Source: Eledone cirrhosa
Taxonomy: Eukaryota
Length of the DNA: 64,000 nucleotides
Reading direction: 5' to 3'
Assembly (NCBI GenBank): GCA_964016885.1
Contig: OZ024742.1
Span: 281,666,001-281,730,000, forward strand
Shown here: positions 41,374 to 56,284 of the stretch, piece by piece
Layout: the number at the start of each line of letters is the position of its first letter
How positions within the stretch are numbered: position 1 is the first letter of the stretch
Translations under genes and position numbers: made by a program
The notes under the pieces: model-generated
Databases searched by the model: none
The model's input: only the letters and a program-made list of their open reading frames with translations
Told to the model about the DNA's origin: nothing

Positions 41374-42502
41374 GCATATACATATCTATATAGATAGATG
41401 ATTGGATGTGTGTGTGTGTGCATTCGTGTATAAGTAGCAATGCGTTGTGGGTGGAAACACGCCGTGAAATATAATTTGCTGTATGTACATAAGTACATAA
41501 ACGCATACAGGTGGAGACACACTTATGCATGAACGCACAGACACACACACAAACACACATATAAACACACACACACATACATTCATAGTTAATATACATA
41601 CACCTTCACATTGAAAGACAATTTACACATAAATAGTTATCCCAAATCAAATACACACTAATAACATTGAGTGTTCGGAACTGAATGTGAATTAAGCCAT
41701 TGTTAAACGTTATCTTGCTTAGATTGTCATGGACTGAATTAACAAAAATATACAATGATCAACCCTATGTTATTCCAACACGCACGCTGCTAATATGAGA
41801 CCTACAATCTATATTCTGAATTATCATGATTTCTTTCAGCAAGCAGTACTTTCATTTTGTTTTCCCTGTCGACACATTTTATCTTACATCACATTCGAGA
41901 AGGCGCCTGATCTAATGGCTAGAGTGTTGGGTGTACTACCACAATCTTGTAGATTCGATTCCTGGACCTAATGGTGAGTTGTGTTCTTGAAAAATAAAAA
42001 ATAAAACACTTCATTTTTCGTTACTTCTGTATACTCAGCTGAAAATGAGTACCAACGGTAGCTGGGGATTAAACTTGCGATGGAGTGGTCTTGTCCAGGA
42101 GAAACTGCTCTTCTCCTCTTACTCGCTTAACGCCGAAGAAATCGGCGAAGCTCCGTGCTTTGGCACGTGAAGCTCCGTGCTGTGGACAGATTAACCTTCG
42201 TTTAACTAGCGACATTCGCTTTTCTGTCCAAGTAAAATTGATACTCTTTTTGTTAACAGCAACACAGGAGTGTATATGTTGGATCTCTGTCGGTTGCGAT
42301 GACGCTTGTTTTATTAGTTCGAACAATGGAAAAAATTGTTTGGAAAATTAACGTGAAAATGGCTGAGCAGTCCACACATGTGTATCCTTAATGTTGTTCT
42401 TGATCAGATTCAGCGGGACACAATGTGTGACAAACCAATAGGATTATCAAATTAACGAAAGAAGTAGAGGAGAATCGTGTGCGTTACGGCTGATACTATA
42501 AT

Positions 42503-42872
42503 GCGGATTGGCAGTATCGGTAAGGCGTCGGACAACATGCTTTGCAACATAGAGTTACGGCCTTTTGTGATCTGAGTTCAAATCCCGCCGAGATTAACTT
42601 TGCCTTTCATCCTTACGGGGTCGAAAAATAAAGTACCAGTAGAAACAATTATAATGCGGATTAGCAGTATCGGTAGGGCCTCGGACGACATGCTTTGCAG
42701 CATAGAGTTACGGCCCTTCATGATCTGAGTTCAAATTCCGCCGAAGTTAACTTTGCCTTTCATCCTTACGGGGTCGAAAAATAAAGTACCAGTCACGCAC
42801 TGGAGTCGATTTAATCGACTTTCCCTTCCTCCAAAATTGTTGGCCTCATGCCTATATGAGAAACCATTATAA
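42503..42872 (+). mobile_element. Two tandem S1 SINE copies
   Basis: Box A/B and the conserved body occur twice. Confidence 0.8.
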
Positions 42873-43124
42873 TACAATCGTTCGACTCGTACCGACGGTA
42901 CTGCTGGTGTATCCGAGGTCACAATGTCTGGTAAAATAGTCTGACTCACTCCTTACATTATTAAGACGAAATATTTTGCGCATCGTATTTCCATAACGAA
43001 AAGAACTGAGAAAGAAAACATTTTTATAACCTCAGCTTTCTCGTGTTATGATTTTCTTCTAATTAAGATGCTATGATTTCATTCGAGAGGCAGTCTACGT
43101 ATTTATTACTATGGTTGGTTCATT

Positions 43125-43175
<51 letters not shown>

Positions 43176-43388
43176 TACTCGTCTCTTTCTCGCCATCATT
43201 CTCCACAATACCTCTCCCTTACTCTCTCTTTCTCTCTGACGAGACACATCGTTACTGGTTTCAAACTGGAAGATATATATCTATATCTATATCTATAGAT
43301 ATAAGTATGTATATACTTATATCTATAGATATAGATATAGATATATAGATATATATTAAAATGTCTGCGTCATTGATTTACATACAGA

Positions 43389-43429
<41 letters not shown>

Positions 43430-43506
43430 TCTCTCTCTCTCTCTCAACTTAGATACACGCACGCAGGAACACACACACATGCACACACACACACACACAT
43501 ACACAC

Positions 43507-43544
<38 letters not shown>

Positions 43545-44928
43545 TTATGAATATATATATATGCATATATTTCTAACTATATACATATGTGTATATGTCT
43601 ATATATATATAGAGAGAGAGAGCGAGAGAGAGATAGAGAGAGAGAGAAAGAGCGAAAGAGAGAGAGAAAGAGAGAGAGAGATAAAGGGCTTTATTTTTTA
43701 GCACTTAAGCTTGCGTAATATCAATAACTTGCATTGAATAGCTTTCTTTCAACCATATTCCAAATCCTATATTTTTGTGATGTACGATAACTACTGCAAC
43801 TGTGTCCAAAGTATTAGGTGTCTTGCTTTGATACATAATAAAAAAAATTGTTTTCTATGTTCAATCACTTATAACATATAAATATGATTACACAGTATAT
43901 CAATTTCTATCAATATGGTAATACCTGGGATAAAGATCCTCTTTCTGGGAAGAAAATCAAAGCCAACAACTGTTGCTGTTTGGATTGATTCCGTAATAGT
44001 CTCGTTTCTCCTCGGGCGGAGCGCTCAAAATGTTTAGAAATCCGTATGTTGCACATGTTAAAAGAAAAAGAAAAAAAATGAACATAGGTGATTTAACCCA
44101 AAATACTATAATTTAAGCCAAAATATTGGGTATGTTTGAAATGTAATTTATGTTATATGACTGCATACTGAGATAAATGGCATTTTTGCAGTATGGTAAT
44201 TTATTTAACTTTGATCGGGCCAGTGATGGGCTTCTATATGATCGACCAGCTTGCTAGAAATAGCCAAACATTTTTTTTGAATTCATGCACTATTGTTTTC
44301 AAACATAAATGAACACATGGGGGCAGCGAAAGCTTGTTCACTGTCATTTAACCTGCTAAAAATAGTAATCAATGTTCCCTCAAACGTTATCCTACTCAAA
44401 TTTTATCGATGTTGACATTGCCTTTCATTCTTTAGGGTTCGATAAGGAAATTACTAGTACAATACAAGGGTTGATTCTCATATCTTCTCATATGGCTTTC
44501 TCGTACACTCACGCCCCCACCCCTCTCTACCATTCTCTCTCCTCCTTTCTCTCCCTCTGTCTTTCTCTAAGGATATAACTGGTACGTATTTTAAATAGGA
44601 AGCAAATATTTATACTCCACTATTGACAGGATCAAAATAATAATCAATAATATGTCTTGGTAAAGTATTTAGACATAGCATAGTACGTTATTCGCTGTTC
44701 TTACAATTGACATACTTGTGTATATTCTATTTGTATTGTACTCAAGCACACAAGTATATGCTTACATTATGTTTATGCATATGTTCACCAGCAACCGCAA
44801 CACACACACACATACAGACACATATATGAGTTTGCATGTGAGTGTGTTTGTGTATATATATATATGTTTATACATAAGCATACTTATCATTTATGTATAT
44901 ATATTTGTATTATATATATGTGTGTGTG

Positions 44929-44983
<55 letters not shown>

Positions 44984-45093
44984 TATATATATTTATGTAT
45001 AGAAATATATATACATACATAAATAATAAGTATGAAGTATGTTTGTGTGTGTGTATATATATATATACCTATGTATATATATATATATATACC

Positions 45094-45136
<43 letters not shown>

Positions 45137-45804
45137 ATGTTGTGTTGTGTATGTTTGTGTCATGGAAGTTTATCACGTTATAAAATCGTTTATGATTGCG
45201 TAATGTGGTTTGCAGAAGCAAGATGAAAGCAAAGAATCAAAGACAGAAACTAAGTCAGAGAGAGGGGGGGAATAGAGAGAAAGAAAGTGTGTGGGTGTGT
45301 GTGTTAGAGTGAGGGGGTAGTGAGAGAGAGTCTTTGAGAAAATAGAAATTCTATTAGTGAAAAACAGTGCCACCAATTGTTAGCAAAAAAACTGTTTAAC
45401 CTGACCCTTCAAGAACGAGGTTATCGACAAACCAACTTTTGGCGTAACCTCGTCAAGAACTTCTCTACGTAAGCGGAGCACGACTACGTTATTAGTTCTA
45501 TAAAATGAATACAACAAAATGCAAGTGTTTTTGTTACAGTCGTTATTGTTGTTGTCTTTGCTTACATTCCTGGTGATGTTGATAATGATGACGAAACTGT
45601 GTCTAATGTTGTTATTTATAGTTGCTGCTCTTTATTCCGTGTTTGATTTTGTAGCGGCAGTTATCGTTTTTGTGTTAAAAGTAACTGTTATTATTCAAAT
45701 TTCAAATAAAGATGACTTGACAAACTGAACATCTTATATAGTGCATGCTTTGCATATATATATATATACATACACACATACTCTTTTTAATATATATATA
45801 TACA

Positions 45805-46536
45805 GCTGACGATAGCTAATAAGCTTGAAACTAGTACATCGTTCCTGTGTCAGTGTTGAACAAAAGGGCAATGATGGTCGCCGAACACTGTACGGCGTAA
45901 TTCGGGCTGTTTGTTTTCAAACAAACTGAAAATTATAATCAATGTTCGGTAAACCCATACGTACATATATGTATGTGTGCATGTATATATATACATGCCA
46001 CTGTGCGTATGTATACATATATGTATGTACGTATACATACTTGTATTTAGGTATCAGCCGTACTAAGAGTGAGAAATGAAATTTTGCTTCATTCTTTTCC
46101 ATTTATCGTTTTCGGTATGCCCGGCCGACTAACTCACTCGATATGCAAATTAGGCTGCTCAGCCGTTAATATGCATAAGGAAAGTATATACTTTCAGACG
46201 TTCAATCATCTGACAGAAAGGTATACAATGCTGACGATAGCTAATAAGCTTGAAACTAGTACATCGTTCCTGTGTCAGTGTTGAACAAAAGGGCGACGAT
46301 GTTTGCCGAACACTGTACGGCGTAATTCAGGCTGTTTGTTTACAAACAAACCGAACATTATAATAAATGTTCCGTAAACCCATACGTACATATATATATG
46401 TGTGTGCATGTATGTATATATATACATACTACTGTGCGTCTGTACATATATATGTATATACGTATACATACTTGTATTTAGGTATCAGCCGTACTAAGAG
46501 TGAGAAATTAAATTTCCTTTCATTCTTTTCCATTTA
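45805..46536 (+). mobile_element. HHR tandem repeat family A, about 1.7 units of 425 bp
   Basis: CTGACGA cores at 45806 (stem I truncated) and 46231. Ends tttcattcttttccattta followed by (TA)n. Confidence 0.85.
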
Positions 46537-46648
46537 TATATATATATATATAAACAAATAGTAGAAAGGAAAAAGATTTTTTCACTAGAAAATGCTTTCT
46601 ACTATTTGTTTTTATATATATCAACTCGTGTGTTACTTTTCTACATTG

Positions 46649-46780
<132 letters not shown>

Positions 46781-47208
46781 TGATGGTAGCTAAGATACTT
46801 CCATAGGCGGTATGCTGGTTGAGCACTCTATGCTCTTACAGAGCAGAGTATGATAGAATAAAAAACGAAAAATCAGTGATGCATCTGAACTCAATTTATT
46901 GTGTGTTACAATTGTTTCGCCGGCGGACAGTTCGAGACGCGATCACTGTCTGGATCTGTTTCATTCTAGAGCCGCAGGTTCGACCGACAAGTCTAAAGAT
47001 TTTTTCGTTTTCTATTCTATATATATATATATAATTATATAAACGGAGAAAGCTATTAGCGATACTCCGACCAATTTCCAACTCACTCAACAAACATTAG
47101 GAAATACCGGAGTATATTCCCAATTAAACGTTTGGGGTGCTAACTATATTGTATTGTGTGGATAATTGGCTGTATTATTTTATATGAGATATATTAAATA
47201 ACTCATTT

Positions 47209-47331
47209 CCCATACGAATCGTTTCATTATAATATTTCTACATGGCGAGTGAAATTATACCGAGTTATGTAGAAGCTTGTGTAAGATCAATGGATTCTTA
47301 TACAAGTGGGCTCTAATAAATCTTCAGTGGG
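47209..47331 (-). ncRNA. Hammerhead ribozyme with branched stem II insertion
   Basis: ccca-CTGAAGA-t.ttat..[cttgtataaga/tcttacacaag hairpin][ttctacat/atgtagaa hairpin]..ataa.t-GAAA-cgattcg-TA-tggg. Confidence 0.65.
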
Positions 47332-47840
47332 TGCCCAATAATATTAATATTAATAACTAAATCAATATCAATATTTAGCGATAATCACCATCAGTGCTAG
47401 GTTGTAAGTCCAGCAGTTCTAAAGAAAATCTCACACTGTCCCGAAAATGGGAAGAGGAGGCTACCGCCAAAAAATAATATACACGCAGGTCATTGTACTC
47501 TGACAAGAATTCAAGCCTAGTGCGAAGAACTCAATTGGATATGAAAAAATAAATATATGTGTGTACTGTTTAAGGAAACATAGAGATATTTTCTCAGGCA
47601 AAATAACAGATATGAGATACAGGAACAAGCAATCAATATTCATATAAAAAATAAACAAAGAGAGTCATACCTTATATCGGGAAAGTTCATGTCTGGTGAT
47701 CCAAGAGTATAATACATAATTACATAAACGGAAAAAGCTATTAGCGATACTCCGACCAGTTTCCAACTCACTCAGCAAACAATAGGAAATACAGGAATAT
47801 ATTCCCAATTAAACGTGTGGATAATTGGCTGTATTATTTT

Positions 47841-48025
47841 GGTGAATTGGCAGTATCGGTAGAGGGTCGGACGCAATGCTTTCCAGCATAGTTATGTCCC
47901 TTTACGGTCTGAGTTCAAATCCGGTCAAGGTTAACTTTGCCTTTCATCCTTACCGGGTCGATAAAATAAAATACTAGTAATGCACTGAGTTATTGCTGGC
48001 CTTGTGCCAAAAGTAGAAACAATTA
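47841..48025 (+). mobile_element. S1 SINE inserted into family C repeat
   Basis: Full head and body, with attatttt on both sides. A second 5'-truncated copy lies at 48077-48192. Confidence 0.8.
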
Positions 48026-48233
48026 TTTTATATGAGATATATTAAATAACTCATTTCCCATACGAATCGTTTCATTTGAGTTCAAATCCCGTCGAGGTTA
48101 ACTTTGCCTTTCATCCTTACGGGGTCGATAAAATAGAGTACCAGTAATGCACTGAGTAATTGCTGGCCTTGTGCCAAAAGTAGAATCAATTATATATATA
48201 TATTTAGATAGGCAAACACAGAAATGCACACAC

Positions 48234-48290
<57 letters not shown>

Positions 48291-49700
48291 GACAGGGGGG
48301 AAGAAAAAAATGGCTTAACTTGTGCTTTCAACAAATTTATTTTCTTCACAAAATCCAAAAAGAATTTTTTTCCGGATTAGAAACATTTTTTTTTTTTTTT
48401 TAAAGAAATTTTTTTATATAAATTAAGTTGTTGGTTGTTGGTTAGGTCTTAGGAGTTCTTGGTTAACGTAGGAGGTATTGTTTCGTTTTTAGAAAGACCT
48501 TTCACGCTGAAATCTGTTAGAACACGAAAAGTGTGAAACACAGAATGTTCACTTTTCGTGTTCTAACATATATGCCTAGCTTCTTTAAAAATTTTTCGGG
48601 GATAGCCGTGGTGGTGATCGTATGTCATTGGCTAATTTTCAACCAATCAGAGTACCTCTCTCTATATCTCTTCCACTGTTACTTACGCCTGTTTCTCTCT
48701 ATCTGTTCCGTCTCTATTTATATCTCTTACTCTTTCGCTTTGCACTCCTCCCCTTCAATACCATCTCTCCCCCTCTCTATATATTTGTTACTCTATCGCT
48801 GCACGCTCCTCTCCTTCAATATATCAATTACACACGCTTTACACTCCTTTATCCCCAGCGCCCCTATATATACACCCCCTCTCCCGCATCTATATTTTAA
48901 TGTACCGTTGCACCGTGAATACATGTGTCTATATATATATATACATATATATTGTATATACACATTCATGTATGTGTATACACACTCATGTATGTATATA
49001 CACTGGTTTTATGTGTGTATTGTAAATTTGTACTGTTAAAACACGAAACTAACATTCGATTGACACTTTGATTACCTGTACAGGCAATAGTTATTAGAAT
49101 GCTGTTGAAGTGTGTATATATTTTTGGGGGACATCCTGTATATACACACATTATATATAATACAATAAACAGATAAATACACACATATATATATGAGCTT
49201 ATTTAATTATAAATATTGTGAATTTTTAACTCAGTTCAATTATATATATAAATGGCTTCTACAGGACTAGAACTGTTTCATTCGAAAGAAATCATCATAA
49301 TATAGAGAGGGGGGACTAGATAAAATATTTCAAATCAAATGTGTATAAGTTATAAGTTAAAATGTATAAATAGAGACGATAGTGGAGGTATATCTGTTTA
49401 GTGGAACAGTAGACGATAGAATTAAATACAGACGATAATCTCCCTTTAATGAAACAGCAGACGATAGAATTAAGGCAATTTAAATTTTAAGCATTTGCAT
49501 TTTTGCCTTTCATCGTTACGGGGTCGATAAAATAAAGTACCAGTAATACACTGTCACTAGACGACTTTCAAATTGAATTGTTGGTTCCATTTCTTTAGTA
49601 TTTTCAATTGTAGTTATCTACTTAAAAAGCGTTACACGGTTAGAGACATAATTCGTAAGTTATATCTTCCCTATTAAACCATTGCATTATTTCGCCTACA

Positions 49701-49886
49701 GGGCGGTGAATTGGCAGTATCGGTAGAGGGTTGGACGCCATGCTTTCTAGCATAGTTACGTCCCTTTACAGTCTGAGTTCAAATCCCGCCGAGGTTAACT
49801 TTGCCTTTCATCCTTACGGGGTCGATAAAATAAAGTACCAGTAATGTACTGGGTAATTTGCTGGCCTTGTGCCTAAAGTAGAAACA
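49701..49886 (+). mobile_element. Full-length S1 SINE with 15-bp target-site duplication
   Basis: attatttcgcctaca at 49686-49700 and 49887-49901. Confidence 0.9.
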
Positions 49887-50110
49887 ATTATTTCGCCTAC
49901 AATAGAACAAAAATGAAATGTTCTTTAAAGAAACAGGAATATAACTTTATAAAAAAAAAAGTTGCATCCGCTTCTTTTATCATTGATAATTTTTTCGTTT
50001 TAATATTAATTGTTTTTTGCAGTTGTTTATATTAAAAATCTTACTGTAATATTTACTTAAACGAAGGCAAACATCTAAACTTATAGATTAATCTTGAGCG
50101 AAGGACTAGA

Positions 50111-50217
<107 letters not shown>

Positions 50218-50609
50218 GAAGAATGATAAAATTTCAAGCAAAGAGTTTAATTAGGTATATTTTGTAATATTATTAACTAATTATTATAATTAACGCGCAT
50301 ATTTTGCTATCCTCAAACACGTTTACACATGGCATGAAATATAACTAATCCGAGATGGCTAGGTTTCATCTTCTAACTGGATAAACGAAATCCATTATGT
50401 CTTGACAACAACATGAGGTAACATTATGTTATTCACAGACACACTTTGTACACTGTTCCATATCAGAATGTATTTCCTTCGTCACATTCACAAACAGTAT
50501 TGAAAATATGTTCTTCGGCAAATAAAAATGTTTTGTTCATAATATTTCAACTAGCGATTGCTCTACTTCACGCACGACCACCATAAATTAATGACCAGCT
50601 CAACACAAG

Positions 50610-50778
50610 TATTGGTAGAGCGTCAGACACCATGCTTTGCAGTATTGTTATGGTCCTTTGCATTCTAAGTTCAAATCCTGCCGAGGTTAACTTCGACTTT
50701 CATACTTACTAATTCGATAAAATAAAGTACCAGTAATGGACTGCCGTAATGGATTTGTGCCGAAAAATAGAAACACTA
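50610..50778 (+). mobile_element. Diverged S1 SINE
   Basis: aagttcaaatcctgccgaggttaac..cgataaaataaagtaccagtaatg. Confidence 0.7.
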
Positions 50779-51331
50779 TTAATGTGCAATAAGAGCAAAA
50801 TATAACGACATTGCTCAATTATTTTATCTAATGTTGTAATAACACAAGGAAATGTTGTTTGTGTATTTTTTTTTATATTTGCTCATAGGCTTTTACAATT
50901 TCGCTCAGCCAACAACTATTAAAAAGTGAGTTGCTTAAGATAACAATTTAATCACAAATTGTTGCTATCTTTTAATACACTCCAACAAGTCATCAAATTA
51001 TGTACAATAAAAACAAATCTTATTAATTTGCTCAGGGAATATAAAGAAAATGTATATACACTGATAATTGCAAATGTATGTAAATATTTTGTTTTTGTAT
51101 TGTATATTTTATGTTTTCTATTATGTATAATATATTGATTTAATATTGATTGTTTTTTGTAGTTGTTTATATTAAAAGTCTGAAAATATTTTTATACATC
51201 TTACACTAATATTTATAAGATAATTTATAATAACAATTACATAATCTAATTACATTACAACGATAATTTATTATTAATATATATCCTGTTTAACTAGAGT
51301 TATTACAAGCGTTGCCTTAAAAAAATATTAA

Positions 51332-52288
51332 ACTAGACATGAAAAATGCGCAAGCTCAAAAGTGCCACAGAATGTTATAATAAACCTTCAAAAGTGTGGG
51401 ACTAGAGTTGTTGCTAAAAAATATTGTAATCATTATATATCGTACATTCTGTGGCATCCTTTATAAAAATAGCTTAAACCAACGAAGCCTTTATTTTTAC
51501 GCTATTTCACTTAGTTAATTCTTAGAGTGTAACATATAAAAATAAATACATCTATGTTTAATGTAATAACAGCTATAAATAATTACGTAATATTATTATC
51601 ATATACACATAGTAACAAAATAATTGTGTTGAAACTTAATATGATGCTTATATGAACGATCAAATCTATAATGATAATTTCTTAAATATACTAATAGTAA
51701 AATAATTTAGTTATCTATTGTTACATTTTCATAGAACTATAATATTAACAATCGTATTGCATTATCAAATTTTTATCACTACAAACTTTCATATTGGAAT
51801 TACCTTAAGCCACTTATTATTACTTCGCTTTCGTACTTTTACAGCTGTAGATATTGCGCTGTATCTTATATCTAATATCAATATCTCGTGGTAATTTGCA
51901 TGAAGTGTAAAATAGGTTTATTAATAACTTTAATATGAAATGTATTATACAGGGCTGCGGAGTCGGTCAAAAATTGACTGGCTCCAACTCAGGATCCGAT
52001 ACTCCATTATTTCCTAAATTTCAGCTCCGCAGCTCTGTTATTATATTAATTTATTTATTTTATAGTTGTAAATCATATTTTTATATGTTACACTCTAAGA
52101 ATTAACTAAGTGAAATAGCGTAAAAATAAAGGCTTCGTTGGTTTAAGCTATTTTTATAAAGGATGCCACAGAATGTACGATATATAATGATTACAATATT
52201 TTTTAGCAACAACTCTAGTCCCACACTTTTGAAGGTTTATTATAACATTCTGTGGCACTTTTGAGCTTGCGCATTTTTCATGTCTAGT
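51332..52288. repeat. About 210-bp apparently perfect inverted repeat with a 535-bp spacer
   Basis: 51332-51542 is the reverse complement of about 52078-52288. Confidence 0.9.
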
Positions 52289-52445
52289 ATATATATATGT
52301 AGAACTACTGATGTTGTTACATTGAGCTATTTATCTTACTGGTAATAAGATAGTAATAAATTACTGTCTTTCACTTTTTAGGGTTTAAAATATATATAAC
52401 TATAAAAGGTTTTAGTATATACATAACCATAAATAGTATCCTTAA

Positions 52446-52567
<122 letters not shown>

Positions 52568-52693
52568 TTGTGTGTTTGTGTGCGTGTGTTTATGTATATA
52601 TATATATATGAACAGTCGATCGACTTTTTGTCAAATCAGACCGAGGATATACATAGATAGATGGATAGATAGATAGATATACTGTATATATAA

Positions 52694-52736
<43 letters not shown>

Positions 52737-52838
52737 TGTGTTATAAATAAGTGTGTAATTGTATACATTATTATTATATAGATACTAGCAGGCCCGTCCG
52801 GCTGGTCCTGGCTACCATTGGCGTATTCTACGGCATCC

Positions 52839-52903
<65 letters not shown>

Positions 52904-52906
<3 letters not shown>

Positions 52907-53795
52907 CTGACGTACCTAGCTTCGCTTGGATAAACAGACGATAAACCGTCTGTGTAGTATAGTATTACTGTTGAAAAAATATAGTATTACTGCTAAAAAT
53001 ATATAGTATAGTATAGTATTACTGTTGAAAATATACAGTATAGTATAGTATGACTGTTGAAAACATATAGTATAGTATTACTGTTGAAAACATATAGTAT
53101 AGTATAGTATTACTATTGAAAAGATATGGTATAATATTACTGTTGAAAACATATAGTATTACTGTTGAAAACATATTGTATAGTATTACTGTTCAAATTA
53201 TATAGTATAGTATAGTATTACTATTGAAAATATATAGTATAGTATTACTGTTGAAAATATATAGTATAATATTACTGTTGAAAACATATAGTACAGTATA
53301 ACTGTTGAAAATATATAGTATAGTATTACTGTTGAAATTATATAGTATAAAATTACTGTTGAAAATATATAGTATATTATAGTATTACTGTTGAAAATAT
53401 ATAGTATAATATTACTGTTGAAAATATATAGTACAGTATAACTGTTGAAAATATATAGTACAGTATAACTGTTGAAAATATATAGTATAGTATTACTGTT
53501 GAAAATATATAGTATAGTATCACTGTTGAAAATATATAGTATAGTATTACTGTTGAAAATATATAGTACAGTATCACTGTTGAAAATATATAGTATAGTA
53601 TCACTGTTGAAAATATATAGTATAGTATTACTGTTAAAAATCTATAGTATAGTATTATTGTTGAAAATATGTACACGAATATATAATTATATATATATAT
53701 ATAATTAATTAAAAGTTGGTTAGAAGCGAAGTCAATGCAGACAGGCAGACATACAGACATTATAAGCGCGCGACGTTATAGCTATGTATCTATCT
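52904..53795. repeat. 24-bp minisatellite (tatagtatagtattactgttgaaaa-type) inside a possible Helitron-like element
   Basis: About 28 units over 52955-53670. Preceded by tagctgacgtacctagcttcgcttgg, which resembles a Helitron terminal hairpin. Confidence 0.7.
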
Positions 53796-54724
53796 CAAAA
53801 GACAGAGTAAGAAAGAGAGAGGAATGTCGTATTATATATATTATATATAATAAACTACCAGTAATGTACTTGGATAATTGCTGGCACTCTGCCAAAAGTA
53901 GAAACAATTATACTTCTATTTTATACATGTTTATGTATGTATATATACGTATATATACGTATAAAGGAATGCTGTAATAAAATGTACAAATTAAACTGTC
54001 TGTTACTTATGATACTATATATATATATATATATATATACATACACACACTAATACCTAAGTCAATGTACAGAACCGGCTAATACATATATTTGGATATG
54101 TTTACATGTCTATATACAAAAAATAGGCAAATTTACATCCATATTTACGCAAACTCGTCTAAATCTATTTTGTATATAGGCAAATATAACTTTATCATAT
54201 TATATATATATATATATACATCCCCACTACACACACACATATATATATATACATACATGTACGTATGAATATAATGTGAACTCTTGCAATATATAGTATG
54301 GTATTTGATATTCTGATGTGTGGTGGGTATAACGTTTGTTTATATTATTTTAGTAAATTTCTTACGGTACAAATTCTTACAGTAACTTTAAATTTGATAA
54401 CTTTGAGAGTTTTCGGCCAGTATTGGCCCAGACCTTCTCTAACTTAATTTTCTTTAGATTTTATGGAGTTTTCCTAGTAGGTATCATTTATTACAGTAGA
54501 AATTATGATACTTTGTGGTAGATATTTTATTTTTAGATAATTTCCAAAATGAGATGCATTGGTTTAGATATTTTCATGTTTCGCTGAAGATCTATTGCAA
54601 TGTATCATTAGCTGTGCATGTTGTATATCTGTGTATCTATATAACTCTCTATCTCTCTCTCTATATATATATATAAATGAATATGCAAACATACCCCCCC
54701 CCCCACACACACACACATACACAA

Positions 54725-54755
<31 letters not shown>

Positions 54756-55087
54756 CACAGATATATATATATATATATTATGTTAGGTCACTCTCCAGCG
54801 AGCGCTGCTCGTAATATAACCCAATACAATCTGTTAAATGAAAGGGTCACGACTAAACTAGCAACTCTAGCAATCATGCTTAATTAGGAGGGTGGTCTTT
54901 TTACACCTTGCGGGATAAATAAACCCGAAAATGTTGACGTAGAATTACATATGAGTCATCGGTCGTCCAAAAGTGTATCCATATGCATATGTACAAATTT
55001 GTATGGTGATAATCTCTGGAAACATGAGTTAAAATCGTCATGGGCACTCCACACACTCACAAATGCACATACACACAAACACACACA

Positions 55088-55172
<85 letters not shown>

Positions 55173-55387
55173 GTTAAAAATGTACATCCACATATGTATA
55201 CTGAAATACTAGTATGCATATGAATACACACACGTATACATATGTAGATGTACCAAGTTTTTCACTGGTCACTTTACTGTGAGTGTCCAGCTATTCTGTA
55301 TGTAAACACACAGACAAACCGGTTTTTAGAGTCATACTGGTTTTTGAGGAAACACCTTTCCTCTATTTTCCAGAAAGCCAGACAAGG

Positions 55388-55432
55388 AATATTGAACTAG
55401 TTTCGTTGTTGTTACAACTCATCAGCAATATT
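55388..55432 (-). ncRNA. Type I hammerhead ribozyme (family B)
   Basis: aatattg-CTGATGA-gttg.taacaa.caac-GAAA-ctag-TT-caatatt. Confidence 0.9.
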
Positions 55433-56239
55433 TACCTATCTTCCGGCCTTTCTGGAGAATCGTAAAAGCACATATCGTTATATGCTTTTTCTATGAAAAT
55501 TAGTAATGGGCAGACTAATTTGCATAGAGTGTGAGTACGTACCGGTTCAACGGAGACGATAAAAACAAATAACGAAACGAAATTAAATTTCGTTTCGTTT
55601 GTAACTCACATTTGTATGACTGACGCTTAAACAATTAAGTTAAAAATGTACATCCACATATGTATACTGAAATACTAGTATGCATATGAATACACACACG
55701 TATACATATGTAGATGTACCAAGTTTTTCACTGGTCACTTTACTGTGAGTGTCCAGCTATTCTGTATGTAAACACACAGACAAACCGGTTTTTAGAGTCA
55801 TACTGGTTTTTGAGGAAACACCTTTCCTCTATTCTCCAGAAAGCCAGACAAGGAATATTGAACTAGTTTCGTTGTTGTAAAAACCGGTTTGTCTGTGTGT
55901 TTACATACAGAATAGCTGGACACTCACAGTAAAGTGACCAGTGAAAAACTTGGTACATCTACATATGTATACGTGTGTGTATTCATATGCATACTAGTAT
56001 TTCAGTATACATATGTGGATGTACATTTTTAACTTAATTGTTTAAGCGTCTGTCATACAAAAGTGAGTTACAAACGAAACGAAATTAAATTTCGTTTCGT
56101 TATTTGTTTTTATCGTCTCCGTTGAACCGGTACGTACTCACACTCTATGCAAATTAGTCTGCCCACTACTAATTTTCATAGTAAAAGCATATAACGATAT
56201 GTGCTTTTACGATTCTCCAGAAAGGCCGGAAGATAGGTA

Positions 56240-56284
56240 AATATTGCTGATGAGTTGTAACAACAACGAAACTAGTTCAATATT
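56240..56284 (+). ncRNA. Type I hammerhead ribozyme (family B)
   Basis: Same motif. Stem I is extended by ttctccagaaag.gcc..agatagg pairing with ccttgtct.ggc.tttctggagaa. Confidence 0.9.

Larger units (their letters stand above)
47035..48077 (-). mobile_element. HHR tandem repeat family C, about 1.3 units of 685 bp, interrupted by a SINE
   Basis: 47038-47228 repeats at 47723-47840 plus 48022-48077. HHR at 47209-47331 (-). The 3' end abuts (TA)n. Confidence 0.7.

Noticed and set aside
49266-49300. Degenerate HHR-like motif on the minus strand (aTGATGA-tttctttcgaat-GAAA-cag-TT)
   Set aside because: The first core C is missing and there is no convincing stem I. At best a relic.
55283-55465. 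Repeated 60-aa ORF in family B units
   Set aside because: GTG start, antisense to the ribozyme, no recognisable motif. It recurs only because the DNA is repeated.
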